Source: Planctomycetota bacterium (GTDB lineage Bacteria > Planctomycetota > SZUA-567 > H5-PLA8). Taken from it: a DNA stretch of 64,000 nucleotides. This document shows positions 30,072-39,298 of this stretch, piece after piece. Position 1 is the first letter of the stretch. Each line of letters begins with the position of its first letter. A program made the translations under genes and the position numbers. The DNA is taken from assembly GCA_045863855.1 (NCBI GenBank), contig BTVV01000007.1:1-64000 (forward strand), written 5' to 3'. The notes below the pieces were generated by a model that saw nothing but the letters and a program-made list of their open reading frames with translations, had not been told where the DNA came from and made no database searches.

Positions 30072-32270
30072 TTAGCGCCCCGCACTCCTGGGCAGCTTGA
30101 TGTAAGGCAAATTAAGCTGTTGGAGAATATTCCCGGAGAGGATACGGGCTTCGAGCACGTCCAGAACCCCGTCACCCTGGCCCAAGTTGGGGAACTCGTC
30201 GCGCAGCTTGGCCACGGCGTTGAGCAACGCGGCCTGAATCGCCGGCGGACTGGCTTCGTCGCAGAGCACGCCCGGACCCGGCCGGAAGCCGAGCGAGCCG
30301 CCAAAGGCCGCCGCGTCGTCCTGGTCCACGCCGTCGCCGGAGATGCCCAAGCCGCCGACCAGCACGGTCTGGCCCGTATTGGGATTCACCTTATACAGCG
30401 GCACGCCGCCCGGGAAGATGGTGATCCCGTTCGGCACCGTCGTGGGCACCGCGCCCACGCCGCGTGAATCGAGCGTCAAAGCGACCGTCATGCACAACTG
30501 GAGCGGGCTAAGGCGCCCGTCGCGGATGTGAACCATGCGCCGGGAGAGGATCTGAACGGCATCGTTGAGATCGGCAGGTGCAAAACCCACGGCTTCGTCG
30601 TTGAGCAGATGGCTGATTTCCTTGAGCAGACCGCTGCCCTGGGTCAAATCACCCGAAACGCCGTCGGCATCCAGCGTGGCCGGATCGATACCCGGTTTGG
30701 GCCCCAACAGTCCACTGAGCGGACCAGGAGCCTGTCGCCCCAACCCCGGCGGGTACATCACCTGACTCATGAAGCCAATGCCACGCGACGAGAACCCAAC
30801 TTGGTCGGTGCTGAAGAAGGCCGCTGTGCGGGCCTTCTGGATCGAGACGTCGAAGGAGAAGACCGTCGCGTCCTCGGTGCGGAATCCGCCCAGGACGTTG
30901 CCAGCCAAGTCCACCACCGAGATGAAGATGCGCATCGGCTGCCCGATGGGCCGGCGAATCGCGGCGCGGGTGCGTTGAGCGACCGCAGCGGCTTGCGCGA
31001 CAATGAGGTTCACATCGGCGATGGTCAGGCCGCCGTCCGCCGTGGCAGGTGTCGTGCTGTCCACCGGCAGGTAACGCGGCACCCAGCCTTGGCGCGGGAA
31101 TTCCTGTTCCGGCGTATCGCGCGTGGCGCCGCCGCCGCCCAAAACCTCGGTGATCGCGCCGACCGGCACCATCGTGCCGTCGGGATCGCGTTCGCCGCCG
31201 TCCGTATCGAGGTAATCTTCCAGAGTGCCGAAGGTACCCACGCCGGCCATCAGGACTGCGTCGATATCGGCTTGGCTCACACGCACGCCAGCGCCCGCAC
31301 GGAACGCGTACGGGAAGCGGAATCCGTTGACCAGAATTCTTGTGGCCACCACGCCGCCGGCAGGCTTGAACGGTACCTGCGCGAAGAAGGCGGTCGCTTC
31401 TTCCAGCGCTCGACGCGAACCGCCCGGAGCCAGACGATTGACGCCTTCGTCGATGATTCCGGGGGAAAGGTCGGTGCCGTAGTCGGCCAGCGTTCCGAAG
31501 CCGTCGATCTCTACGCCCACGCCGCCCACGCCACGGCGATGCGGCCTGATGACGCCCAACCGGCCTTTGGGCAGACCGCCCAGCTTGAAGAGCGGCAAGC
31601 CGCCCAAGTCGTCCGTCACCGGCGTAATGACCAGCGACTGGCTGTTATCCAGCGGACGCGAATCGTTGATGCCGTCCGGATCGGGGCCGACGTTGACGCC
31701 GTTGACGAAGACAATGAAGCGCGGAACCTGAAGCTGTCCGTCGAATCCACCGGTATACGAATTCAGAGCAGCGCCCTTGGGGAACGAAGAGAACGGCACG
31801 CCGTAAAGCGGGCCGCCTTCCAAGTTGCCGAAGCCCGGCGGGAAATGCTCCTGAACAATGAAGCCCGCCGTGAGAGTAGAAAATGCGTTGAAATCGGACT
31901 GGAAGAAACCGCCTGTGCGAGCCTTTTGAATGGCCTGCTCGCTGATGCGAATATCAGGCGCCCCGCCGCTGGGGGTCATGCGCAACACGCCCAGCACATG
32001 GCCCTCGCGATCCGTGACCGCGATAATGCCGGACTCGGCGATACGCGGGTTGGTCAACAACGCCACGGCACGCGCGAGGATCAAATCGACATCGGTTGAG
32101 AGCAGCGCCGGATCAGGCTGAGGCGCCAAGCCTCCATTGGCAATGTCATTGACGATCGTTACAGGTGGGGTCTGAGCGAAAACGGATGTGGCAATCCCTA
32201 ATGCAGCCCAAACGGCAACTGTGAACCCCACGCGCTTATAAGAGGTAGCGCGTCCCGGCTTGAAGGACAT
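30072..32270 (-). CDS. Exported protein with two GlcG/HbpS-like (heme-binding) domains
   Basis: Two copies of AV.DxxGxxL...IQKART and GGLPL/GGVPL...GGVGV/GGLGISGDGVDQDD; signal peptide ending VFA-Q; AAGGAG RBS. Confidence 0.75.
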   Translation of the reverse strand: MSFKPGRATSYKRVGFTVAVWAALGIATSVFAQTPPVTIVNDIANGGLAPQPDPALLSTDVDLILARAVALLTNPRIAESGIIAVTDREGHVLGVLRMTPSGGAPDIRISEQAIQKARTGGFFQSDFNAFSTLTAGFIVQEHFPPGFGNLEGGPLYGVPFSSFPKGAALNSYTGGFDGQLQVPRFIVFVNGVNVGPDPDGINDSRPLDNSQSLVITPVTDDLGGLPLFKLGGLPKGRLGVIRPHRRGVGGVGVEIDGFGTLADYGTDLSPGIIDEGVNRLAPGGSRRALEEATAFFAQVPFKPAGGVVATRILVNGFRFPYAFRAGAGVRVSQADIDAVLMAGVGTFGTLEDYLDTDGGERDPDGTMVPVGAITEVLGGGGATRDTPEQEFPRQGWVPRYLPVDSTTPATADGGLTIADVNLIVAQAAAVAQRTRAAIRRPIGQPMRIFISVVDLAGNVLGGFRTEDATVFSFDVSIQKARTAAFFSTDQVGFSSRGIGFMSQVMYPPGLGRQAPGPLSGLLGPKPGIDPATLDADGVSGDLTQGSGLLKEISHLLNDEAVGFAPADLNDAVQILSRRMVHIRDGRLSPLQLCMTVALTLDSRGVGAVPTTVPNGITIFPGGVPLYKVNPNTGQTVLVGGLGISGDGVDQDDAAAFGGSLGFRPGPGVLCDEASPPAIQAALLNAVAKLRDEFPNLGQGDGVLDVLEARILSGNILQQLNLPYIKLPRSAGR

Positions 32271-32502
32271 GGTAAAACTCCTTGTATCCCGCAGTGGGAA
32301 TGGCCCCGCGCAAACAGCTTCAAAGTTGATGACTGGACCATAGCACAAGCGCATGTGCAGGCAACCCAAAAACGCTATTTTCCGTTGCCCTCGTGCTTGA
32401 ACTATGGTAAACGAATGCCTCGTTACCAGACTGTGAACTTTTGCGCCTGAAATATGGCCTTCGGGCTGGACCCACTAGCCTTGGGGGGCGGTTCGTAAAC
32501 TC

Positions 32503-34566
32503 ATGTACCTTGCACGTGTGAAAAACCCACTCGGACTCATCATAACCTCTTGGGTACTGCTGCTGGCGACGGTCGCTGGCTTCGGTACTCAGCGGTGCTG
32601 CGCCGGCGAAGCCGAAGCGAAGCCCGAAACGGAAGAAGAGCGCTACAAGCGCTTTCGCGAAGGCGAAAAGCCTGCGGAAGGGCAGGCGCCCAAGCCGGCC
32701 GAAGGGACTCCTGCGGCCCCCGCGACTCCTGCGGCCCCCGCGACTCCTGCGGCCGAAGCGAAGCCCGCCGAAGGCACGGCGACTCCCGCGGCTGAGGCCA
32801 AGCCCACCGAGACGGCTGCGGCCGCCGAAGGCGAGCAACCCTCTAAGGGAGCAGCCAAGCGCGAGGACCCGGACGAGCCGGAACTCGTGGACCTCTACCA
32901 CGACGCCGAGAAGAAGGACGAACCGACCAACGGACGCTTAGGCGGAGAATTGGGCCGCGCGGCGTGGAAAAAGAATAAAGTTCCGCGTTGGGCGATCGAC
33001 CAGGAGCCGCTGCTGCCGGTGGGCAACCGCTGGGGCATCGGCTTCCCGCACAGCCCCCGCCACGTCACCAATAACGCTTGGCACAATCCTTACCGCCAAA
33101 ACGTGCTGAAGGGCGACTACCCGATCCTGGGCCAAGACAAGTTCCTGGTCATCAACGCCGGCTCGGACACCACGGCCGAATTCCGCGAGATTCCGACGCC
33201 CTCGGGCAACGCGCCCTTCCGTCCGGGCAGCTTCGATTTCTTCGGTTCGCCGGAGGCCACCTTCGTCCAGCAGAACTTCTTCCTTTCGATCGAGTTCTTC
33301 GGCGGGGAGACGTCCTTCAAGCCGCGCGCGTGGGAAGCCCGCGTGACGCCGGTCTTTAACGTCAACTACATCAATACCGACGAACGCTTGGCGGTGAACA
33401 TCGATACCCGCGAAGGCCGCGACCGCCTGGACCACCAGATCGCGTTCCAGGAACTGTTCGGCGAGTACCATTTCGTGGACATCAGCCCGAATTACGACTT
33501 CATCGCCGGCCGCGCGGGCATTCAGTTCTACAACCACGACTTCCGCGGCTTCCTCTTTGCCGACAACCAGCTCGGCGCGCGCCTCTTCGGCACTTACGAG
33601 AGCAACCGGCTGCAGTACAACTTCACCTACTGGGAAATGCTGAATAAAGACACGAACTCGGGTCTCAACACGCTCTTCCAGATGAAGGACGAGCATGTGT
33701 TCCTGGCGAATCTGATCCGGCAGGACACGTTCGTGAAGGGCTACAACATCATCGGACAGTTGGGTTTGAGCATCGAAGAAGCGAGCGTAGAGTTTAACCA
33801 GAACGGCGTGCCGGTTCGCCCGACTCCGATCGGAAGCGGACAGCCGCACTCCAATAAGGTGGGCTACGTTGGCTTCGGAGGCAACGGCCACGTTGGGCGC
33901 TTCAACCTTTCGCATCAGTATTATCTGGCCTACGGCGAGGACACGCTGAATCCGATCGCCGGCAAGCAGACGGACATCCTGGCTCATATGTTCGCGGCCG
34001 AACTGTCCTACGACTGGGACTGGATGCGCTTCCGCACGAGCTACTTCTACTCCAGCGGGGACGAAGATCCGGAAGACGACAAAGCCGAAGGTTTCGATTC
34101 GATTTTCGATAACCCCGAGTTCGCGGGCGGGCAGTTCAGCTACTGGGTGCGCCAAGGCTTCGGCGCGGGCAACACCTTCACGCTGCTGAAGAGCCGCAAC
34201 TCGTTGATTCCGAACCTGAGCGCCGGAAAAGAAGAAGGCCAGGCCAATTTCGTCAACCCCGGTATTCACCTGTTCAACATCGGCTACGACGCCGAACTGA
34301 CGCCCAGCTTGCGCGCGGTGGCGAACATCAACTACCTGAAGTTCGCGGACACCACCTCGCTGGAATTCCTGCTGGGCCAGGACGCGATCAGCAAGGAGAT
34401 CGGCGTGGACTACAGCTTGGGCTTGATCTACCGCCCGCTGCTGAACCAGCAGATCATCCTGACCGGGGGCGTCGCGGCGCTGCAACCCTTCGACGGATAC
34501 AAGAAGATTTACGAAACCAGCGGCGTTCAGCTCTCGGGGTTCATGAACGTCATCGTCAAGTACTAG
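32503..34566 (+). CDS. Outer-membrane beta-barrel (porin-like) protein
   Basis: Signal peptide; Pro/Ala-rich linker; many amphipathic strands rich in aromatics and Gly; C-terminal strand GFMNVIVKY ends in an aromatic residue. Confidence 0.7.
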   Translation: MYLARVKNPLGLIITSWVLLLATVAGFGTQRCCAGEAEAKPETEEERYKRFREGEKPAEGQAPKPAEGTPAAPATPAAPATPAAEAKPAEGTATPAAEAKPTETAAAAEGEQPSKGAAKREDPDEPELVDLYHDAEKKDEPTNGRLGGELGRAAWKKNKVPRWAIDQEPLLPVGNRWGIGFPHSPRHVTNNAWHNPYRQNVLKGDYPILGQDKFLVINAGSDTTAEFREIPTPSGNAPFRPGSFDFFGSPEATFVQQNFFLSIEFFGGETSFKPRAWEARVTPVFNVNYINTDERLAVNIDTREGRDRLDHQIAFQELFGEYHFVDISPNYDFIAGRAGIQFYNHDFRGFLFADNQLGARLFGTYESNRLQYNFTYWEMLNKDTNSGLNTLFQMKDEHVFLANLIRQDTFVKGYNIIGQLGLSIEEASVEFNQNGVPVRPTPIGSGQPHSNKVGYVGFGGNGHVGRFNLSHQYYLAYGEDTLNPIAGKQTDILAHMFAAELSYDWDWMRFRTSYFYSSGDEDPEDDKAEGFDSIFDNPEFAGGQFSYWVRQGFGAGNTFTLLKSRNSLIPNLSAGKEEGQANFVNPGIHLFNIGYDAELTPSLRAVANINYLKFADTTSLEFLLGQDAISKEIGVDYSLGLIYRPLLNQQIILTGGVAALQPFDGYKKIYETSGVQLSGFMNVIVKY
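32706..32754 (+). repeat. 18-bp tandem repeat (2.7 copies) encoding TPAAPA
   Basis: GACTCCTGCGGCCCCCGC x2.7. Confidence 0.9.
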
Positions 34567-34613
34567 CCGGATTTTCGATTTAGGCCCTCGCTACGAAACA
34601 CGGAACGAGACTC

Positions 34614-37600
34614 ATGGGACGGATGCGCAAACTTTCCTGGTTGGGCGGCTCGCTGCTTCTGGCGGCGTTGGCCTTGGGCACGGGTTGTGACCACCCGGCC
34701 GACTTGTACTACGATAAGGGTTCGGACTTCCCGCCCGAACCCCGGATGAGTTCGATTCCGGCCACGCAGACCGACGAAGAAGTGATGAAAAAGTCGGCCG
34801 GCTGCATGAGCTGCCACCAAGGCATCGAAAATCCGAGCATGCATGCGTCCGAAGCGGTGAAGATCGGATGCGTGGACTGTCACGGCGGCAATGCGCAGGC
34901 GACGAGCAAAGAAGAAGCCCACGTCCAAGCTCGCGGACCCTGGTATCACATCGGCCACCACGGCCTTGTAGGTCCCAAGCACGACGACCACGGCGCGGCT
35001 CACGACGATCACGCCAAGACGGCCGAAGTACACGGCGATCATGCCAAGTCTGGCGAAGCGCACGGCGAACATGCCAAGACCGAAGACACCCACGGTGCCC
35101 ACGGTGCCCACGGCGGCCACGGTTCGCATGGCGCGCACGGCGGAGCGCATCCCAGCGCTTGGCCGAAGCGCACCGGCGCGGTCTGGATGAAGGAAGATCC
35201 GGCCTTCATTCGATTCATCAATCCCGGTGACCTGCGCGTGGCCAAGTTTACCTGCGGCGAGTGCCATCCGGGTTACTTCGAGCGCGTTAGCACCAGCATG
35301 ATGGCGCACGGCGGCATGCTCTGGAACGCCGCGTTGTACAACAACGGTGCGAGCAACCAGAAGTGGGGCCGCTACGGCGAAGCGTACATGTGGGACGGCA
35401 AGCCGGCCCGCCTTCAGTCGCTCAAGCAGAACAAGGATTCGGGCAAGTGGGAAGTCTTCCGCCCGACCGTCGATGACATCAAGAACCGCGGTATCCTGCC
35501 TTACTTGGATCCGCTGCCTCGCTACAACATCACGCAGTCGGGCAACATTCTGCGCGCGTTCGAGCGCGGCGGCCGCGTGCTGCTCGAAACGGCCCAACCC
35601 ATCGGGCAGATCACTCCGGGTAAGGTCGAGATCGACGAGAGCGGCAAGCCGGAATTGAAGCTCTCGATCCGCGGTTTCGGCACCTTGCTGAGCACCGACC
35701 CGGTCTTCCTGGGCCTGCAGAAGACCCGGTTGCTGGATCCGATCCTGTGGCACCCCGGCTCGAACGATCAAGCCGGCGATTACCGCAGTTCGGGCTGCAG
35801 TTCCTGCCACGTCATGTACGCCAACGACCGCGATCCGACGCACAGCGGTCCGTTCGCCAAATACGGCAAGCACGGCCACTCCTTCAGCAAGGACGCCACG
35901 CTGGCGCATGTTGCGGGCAAGGAAAACGAGAAAGGCGAGGTCGTCGAAAAGGGCAAATCGAGCGGGCACCCGATCAAGCACGTCTTTACGCGCTCGATTC
36001 CATCCAGTCAGTGCGTAGTCTGCCACATGCACCCCGGCACGACGGTGACGGTCACCTACTACGGCAACACTTGGTACGACAACGAAACCGAAGGCAGCAA
36101 GACGTACTTGGACAGCCACCTGCCGAACATGTCGGAACGAGAAGAGCTGAAGATCAAGTACCGCAATCCGGAAGCCGCGGCGCTGCGCGGGCGGTGGGGC
36201 GACGTGGAGTGGATGGAGTCGGTTTGGGAGCGCAACGACCAGTTCAAGCAGATCCAGTTCGCCGACTACCACGGACACGGCTGGCTCTACAAGAACGTTT
36301 ATAAGATGGACCGCAAGGGCAACTTGCTGGACAAGGACGGCAAGCAGGTCGCTCACGATTCCCCCGATAAGTTCAAGAAGGGCGCAAAGGGCGAACCGCT
36401 CGCGGGATCGGCCGTACATATGCAGGACATCCACCTCGAGAAGGGGATGCACTGCATCGACTGTCACTTCAACATCGATAACCACGGCAACGGCTTGCTG
36501 TACTCCGAAGTCCGCAATGCGACGGAAATCACCTGCGCGGACTGCCACGGCACGATCTACAAGCGCGCGACGCTGAAGACGACCGGTAACGCGGCCCCCG
36601 AAGGCGGCACGGACTTGGCGGCGAGCAACACGCCGTTCGGGAAGCGCTTCCGTGTGCTTGGCGGGAAGCTGATGCAGCAGTCGGCCGTCGACGCCAACGT
36701 GAAGTGGGAGGTACCTCAGGTGATCGACACGATCACCCCGGGCAATCCGCACTACAACGAGAAGGCGCGTTTGGCCAAGACGATGCGCAAAGACAACAAG
36801 ACTTGGGGCGATGTGCCGGAGGATGCGAGCGTCCTGGCGCATAAATCCGAGAAGATGGACTGCTACACCTGCCACACGTCGTGGATGGCGTCCTGCTTCG
36901 GCTGTCACTTGCCGATGCGCGCCAACCAAAACCGCGACAACAACCACTACGAAGGCGCGCACAGCCGCAACTGGACCCAGTACAACTGGCAGACGCTGCG
37001 CGGCGATGTCTTCATGCTGGGCCTGGACGGCACGGTTAAGGGCAACAAGGTCGCGCCGGTCCGCTCGGCCTGCGCCGTAATCGTCGGTTCGCAGAACGCC
37101 CAGCGCGAATGGATTTACAGCCAGCAGCAGACGGTCAGCGCCGAGGGCTTCAGCGGCCAGGCGTTCAGCCCGCACTATCCGCACGCGGTGCGCGGGGCCG
37201 GCGAAACCAAGATGTGCGTCGACTGCCACGTCAGCAAGGCCGGCGACAACAATGCCTGGATGTCCCAGGTCCTGATGCTGGGCACGAACACCACCAACTT
37301 CATGTATCGCTACGTCTATGTGGCCTGCGACGACGGCGGCACGCACGCGGTAGTGGTGACGGAGCAGGACGAACCGCAGGCGGTGATCGGCAGCACGCTG
37401 CACCGTGACGCGTTCCGCGAGCGCTACGCCGAGCACCTGGAGCGCGGCATGTCGCTGGAACACGAATACGGCAAGTACGGCACGGTAAAGCAACTTCAAC
37501 TCCGCGGCGAGTACCTCTACGCGGCGCGAGGTAGCGGCGGCGTGACGATCTACGACGTTGCGAACATCGACAACAAGGGCTTCAGCCAGCGCATCAGCAC

Positions 37601-38984
37601 CGCGCCGGTCAGCCCGCTGGGCCAGCGCTTGTACGTGAAGTCGAAGGACTGCACGCAGGTGATCAGTCCGACGGTGCTGGGTGTCGATCCGACGCGCCAA
37701 GTTCCGTTCATGCCCCGCGATCCGTTGAACCAGGAACAGGGCATCCACCCGATTTACGCATTCCTGTACTGCCTGGACCGCGAGGAAGGGCTCTTCACGA
37801 TCAACGCCGCGACGCTGCTGGACGGCGATCCGACGAACAACTTCCTCGAACGCCACCTGACCTTCAATCCCAACGGGGTGCTCACGGGCTCCACGCACGG
37901 GATCGTGGCCGGAACGAATCTGTGGGTCTGCAGCGATGCGGGCCTGGTCTGCGTGGACATCAGCAAGATCGGCACCGAGCTGGTAGAAGCGGCGCTGAAG
38001 ATGAATCCGGACGGCAAGAAGACGCTAGAAATCAAGAAGGTCGTGGAGGAGGCGCGCGCGCCAAATCCGGACGAACTGAAGGTGCTGAGCGTGGTGCCGC
38101 TGAACAAGCCGCGCGCGGTACGCATCCAGTTCCGCTACGCGTTCGTGCTAGACGCCGACGGCCTGAAGGTGATCGACATCACGCACCCCGATAAGCCGCG
38201 GTTGGTCGAGGGCGCGACGGTGCCGTTCCAGAACGCGCACAGCCTGTACCTGGCGCGCACGTACGCCTACGTGGCGGCGGGCGCGGAGGGTCTGGCGATC
38301 GTGGACATCGAGCACGCCGAATCGCCGAAGCTCTTCACCAAGTTCACGGGCGATGGCTGGCTGAACGACGTTCGCGACGTGAAGCTGGGCATGACCAATA
38401 CGTCCTCTTTCGCCTACTTGGCCAACGGCAAGCGCGGGCTGGCGGTGGTGCAGCTCACCTCGCCCGAAACGGTGCCCAACTTCGAAGGCTGGTCGCCGGA
38501 GCCGAAGCCTTTCCTGATCGCCAAGAAGGACCTACCGGGCGTAGCGTTGAACATCAGCGAAGGCCTCCAGCGCGACCGTGCGGTGGACGAGAGCGGCAAC
38601 CAGCTCAGCGTCTTCAACCGCGTCGGCTCGCGACCGTTCAACAAGAAGGAAATGGAAGCGATGTACATGCTTGACGGCCAGCTCTTCTCCGTCACCAACG
38701 AGCCGCCGGGCGAGCCGCTGGAACTGAAGGCCGCGGGTGGCGGTACGGCCGAACTGGAAGCCAAGCTGCAAGAGTTGAAGGGTGAACTGGAGAAGGAAAA
38801 GAATCCGATCAAGAAGCGTAAGATCCAGAAGGACATCGAGGATCTGGAGAAGAAGATCAAGGAAGCCAGCGCTGGCGCCAACGCCGAGAAGATCAAGGAG
38901 TTGGAAGCGGCCTTGGCAAACGAGAAGAACCCGATCAAGAAGCGCAAGATCGAGCAGGATCTGAAGAAGCTGAAGGGCGAGTAA
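34614..38984 (+). CDS. Large decaheme c-type cytochrome lipoprotein with an LVIVD-like beta-propeller
   Basis: Lipobox-like LALGTG-C; 10 CxxCH (CMSCH, CVDCH, CGECH, CSSCH, CVVCH, CIDCH, CADCH, CYTCH, CFGCH, CVDCH); repeats YAFV..GLKVIDI, YAYVA..GLAIVDI, YLAN..GLAVVQL; His-rich insert. Confidence 0.9.
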   Translation: MGRMRKLSWLGGSLLLAALALGTGCDHPADLYYDKGSDFPPEPRMSSIPATQTDEEVMKKSAGCMSCHQGIENPSMHASEAVKIGCVDCHGGNAQATSKEEAHVQARGPWYHIGHHGLVGPKHDDHGAAHDDHAKTAEVHGDHAKSGEAHGEHAKTEDTHGAHGAHGGHGSHGAHGGAHPSAWPKRTGAVWMKEDPAFIRFINPGDLRVAKFTCGECHPGYFERVSTSMMAHGGMLWNAALYNNGASNQKWGRYGEAYMWDGKPARLQSLKQNKDSGKWEVFRPTVDDIKNRGILPYLDPLPRYNITQSGNILRAFERGGRVLLETAQPIGQITPGKVEIDESGKPELKLSIRGFGTLLSTDPVFLGLQKTRLLDPILWHPGSNDQAGDYRSSGCSSCHVMYANDRDPTHSGPFAKYGKHGHSFSKDATLAHVAGKENEKGEVVEKGKSSGHPIKHVFTRSIPSSQCVVCHMHPGTTVTVTYYGNTWYDNETEGSKTYLDSHLPNMSEREELKIKYRNPEAAALRGRWGDVEWMESVWERNDQFKQIQFADYHGHGWLYKNVYKMDRKGNLLDKDGKQVAHDSPDKFKKGAKGEPLAGSAVHMQDIHLEKGMHCIDCHFNIDNHGNGLLYSEVRNATEITCADCHGTIYKRATLKTTGNAAPEGGTDLAASNTPFGKRFRVLGGKLMQQSAVDANVKWEVPQVIDTITPGNPHYNEKARLAKTMRKDNKTWGDVPEDASVLAHKSEKMDCYTCHTSWMASCFGCHLPMRANQNRDNNHYEGAHSRNWTQYNWQTLRGDVFMLGLDGTVKGNKVAPVRSACAVIVGSQNAQREWIYSQQQTVSAEGFSGQAFSPHYPHAVRGAGETKMCVDCHVSKAGDNNAWMSQVLMLGTNTTNFMYRYVYVACDDGGTHAVVVTEQDEPQAVIGSTLHRDAFRERYAEHLERGMSLEHEYGKYGTVKQLQLRGEYLYAARGSGGVTIYDVANIDNKGFSQRISTAPVSPLGQRLYVKSKDCTQVISPTVLGVDPTRQVPFMPRDPLNQEQGIHPIYAFLYCLDREEGLFTINAATLLDGDPTNNFLERHLTFNPNGVLTGSTHGIVAGTNLWVCSDAGLVCVDISKIGTELVEAALKMNPDGKKTLEIKKVVEEARAPNPDELKVLSVVPLNKPRAVRIQFRYAFVLDADGLKVIDITHPDKPRLVEGATVPFQNAHSLYLARTYAYVAAGAEGLAIVDIEHAESPKLFTKFTGDGWLNDVRDVKLGMTNTSSFAYLANGKRGLAVVQLTSPETVPNFEGWSPEPKPFLIAKKDLPGVALNISEGLQRDRAVDESGNQLSVFNRVGSRPFNKKEMEAMYMLDGQLFSVTNEPPGEPLELKAAGGGTAELEAKLQELKGELEKEKNPIKKRKIQKDIEDLEKKIKEASAGANAEKIKELEAALANEKNPIKKRKIEQDLKKLKGE

Positions 38985-39012
38985 TCGATCCGGGCTTTAA
39001 AGACCTGTAAAG

Positions 39013-39038
39013 AAGCCGGCCTTCGGGCCGGCTTTTTT
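39013..39038 (+). terminator. Rho-independent terminator
   Basis: AAGCCGGCC-TTCG-GGCCGGCTT followed by a T-tract. Confidence 0.9.
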
Positions 39039-39057
39039 ATTGGGTTCAAGCGGGGCA

Positions 39058-39086
39058 TTGACAGACCGGCTTGGCGGTGGTAAGTA
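39058..39086 (+). promoter_or_regulatory. Putative sigma70 promoter for the aro leader
   Basis: Perfect TTGACA, 17-nt spacer, then TG-n-TAAGTA (weak -10). Confidence 0.55.
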
Positions 39087-39107
39087 TCTTTGTGTGAGGG
39101 ACTTAGC

Positions 39108-39185
39108 GTGAACGTGCAGTTGGGCTTCTATTTTGGGTATTCCTACTTTGGCTGGCGACAGCCAGGGCGGAGGGGTGCTGCGTAG
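39108..39185 (+). CDS. Aromatic-amino-acid leader peptide (25 aa, MNVQLGFYFGYSYFGWRQPGRRGAA)
   Basis: GAGGGA RBS plus GTG; cluster of 3 Phe, 3 Tyr and 1 Trp codons; followed by a terminator and then DAHP synthase. Confidence 0.85.
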   Translation: MNVQLGFYFGYSYFGWRQPGRRGAA

Positions 39186-39240
39186 AAGCCGGAACGAGAA
39201 CAGAACCCCAAAGCCCTGAGCGATCCTCAGGGCTTTTTTT
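39123..39240 (+). promoter_or_regulatory. Transcription attenuator (1:2, 2:3 and 3:4 hairpins)
   Basis: 1:2 = 39123-130/39183-190 with nested stems; 2:3 = 39163-180/39201-218; 3:4 terminator AAAGCCCTGAG-cgatc-CTCAGGGCTTT plus T-tract. Confidence 0.85.
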
Positions 39241-39298
39241 GTGCCCGCGGGATAGGAATGCTAGGCGGCCGCGGCGGGATCAACCTGGGAGTGTGCAG

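Noticed and set aside
34563..37898. Very long antisense or alternate-frame ORFs (e.g. 34563-37898, 18907-21369, 21024-23555, 25740-27956, 27577-29922, 46911-48809)
   Set aside because: They shadow well-supported genes, have no recognisable motifs, and are expected from stop-codon scarcity in high-GC DNA
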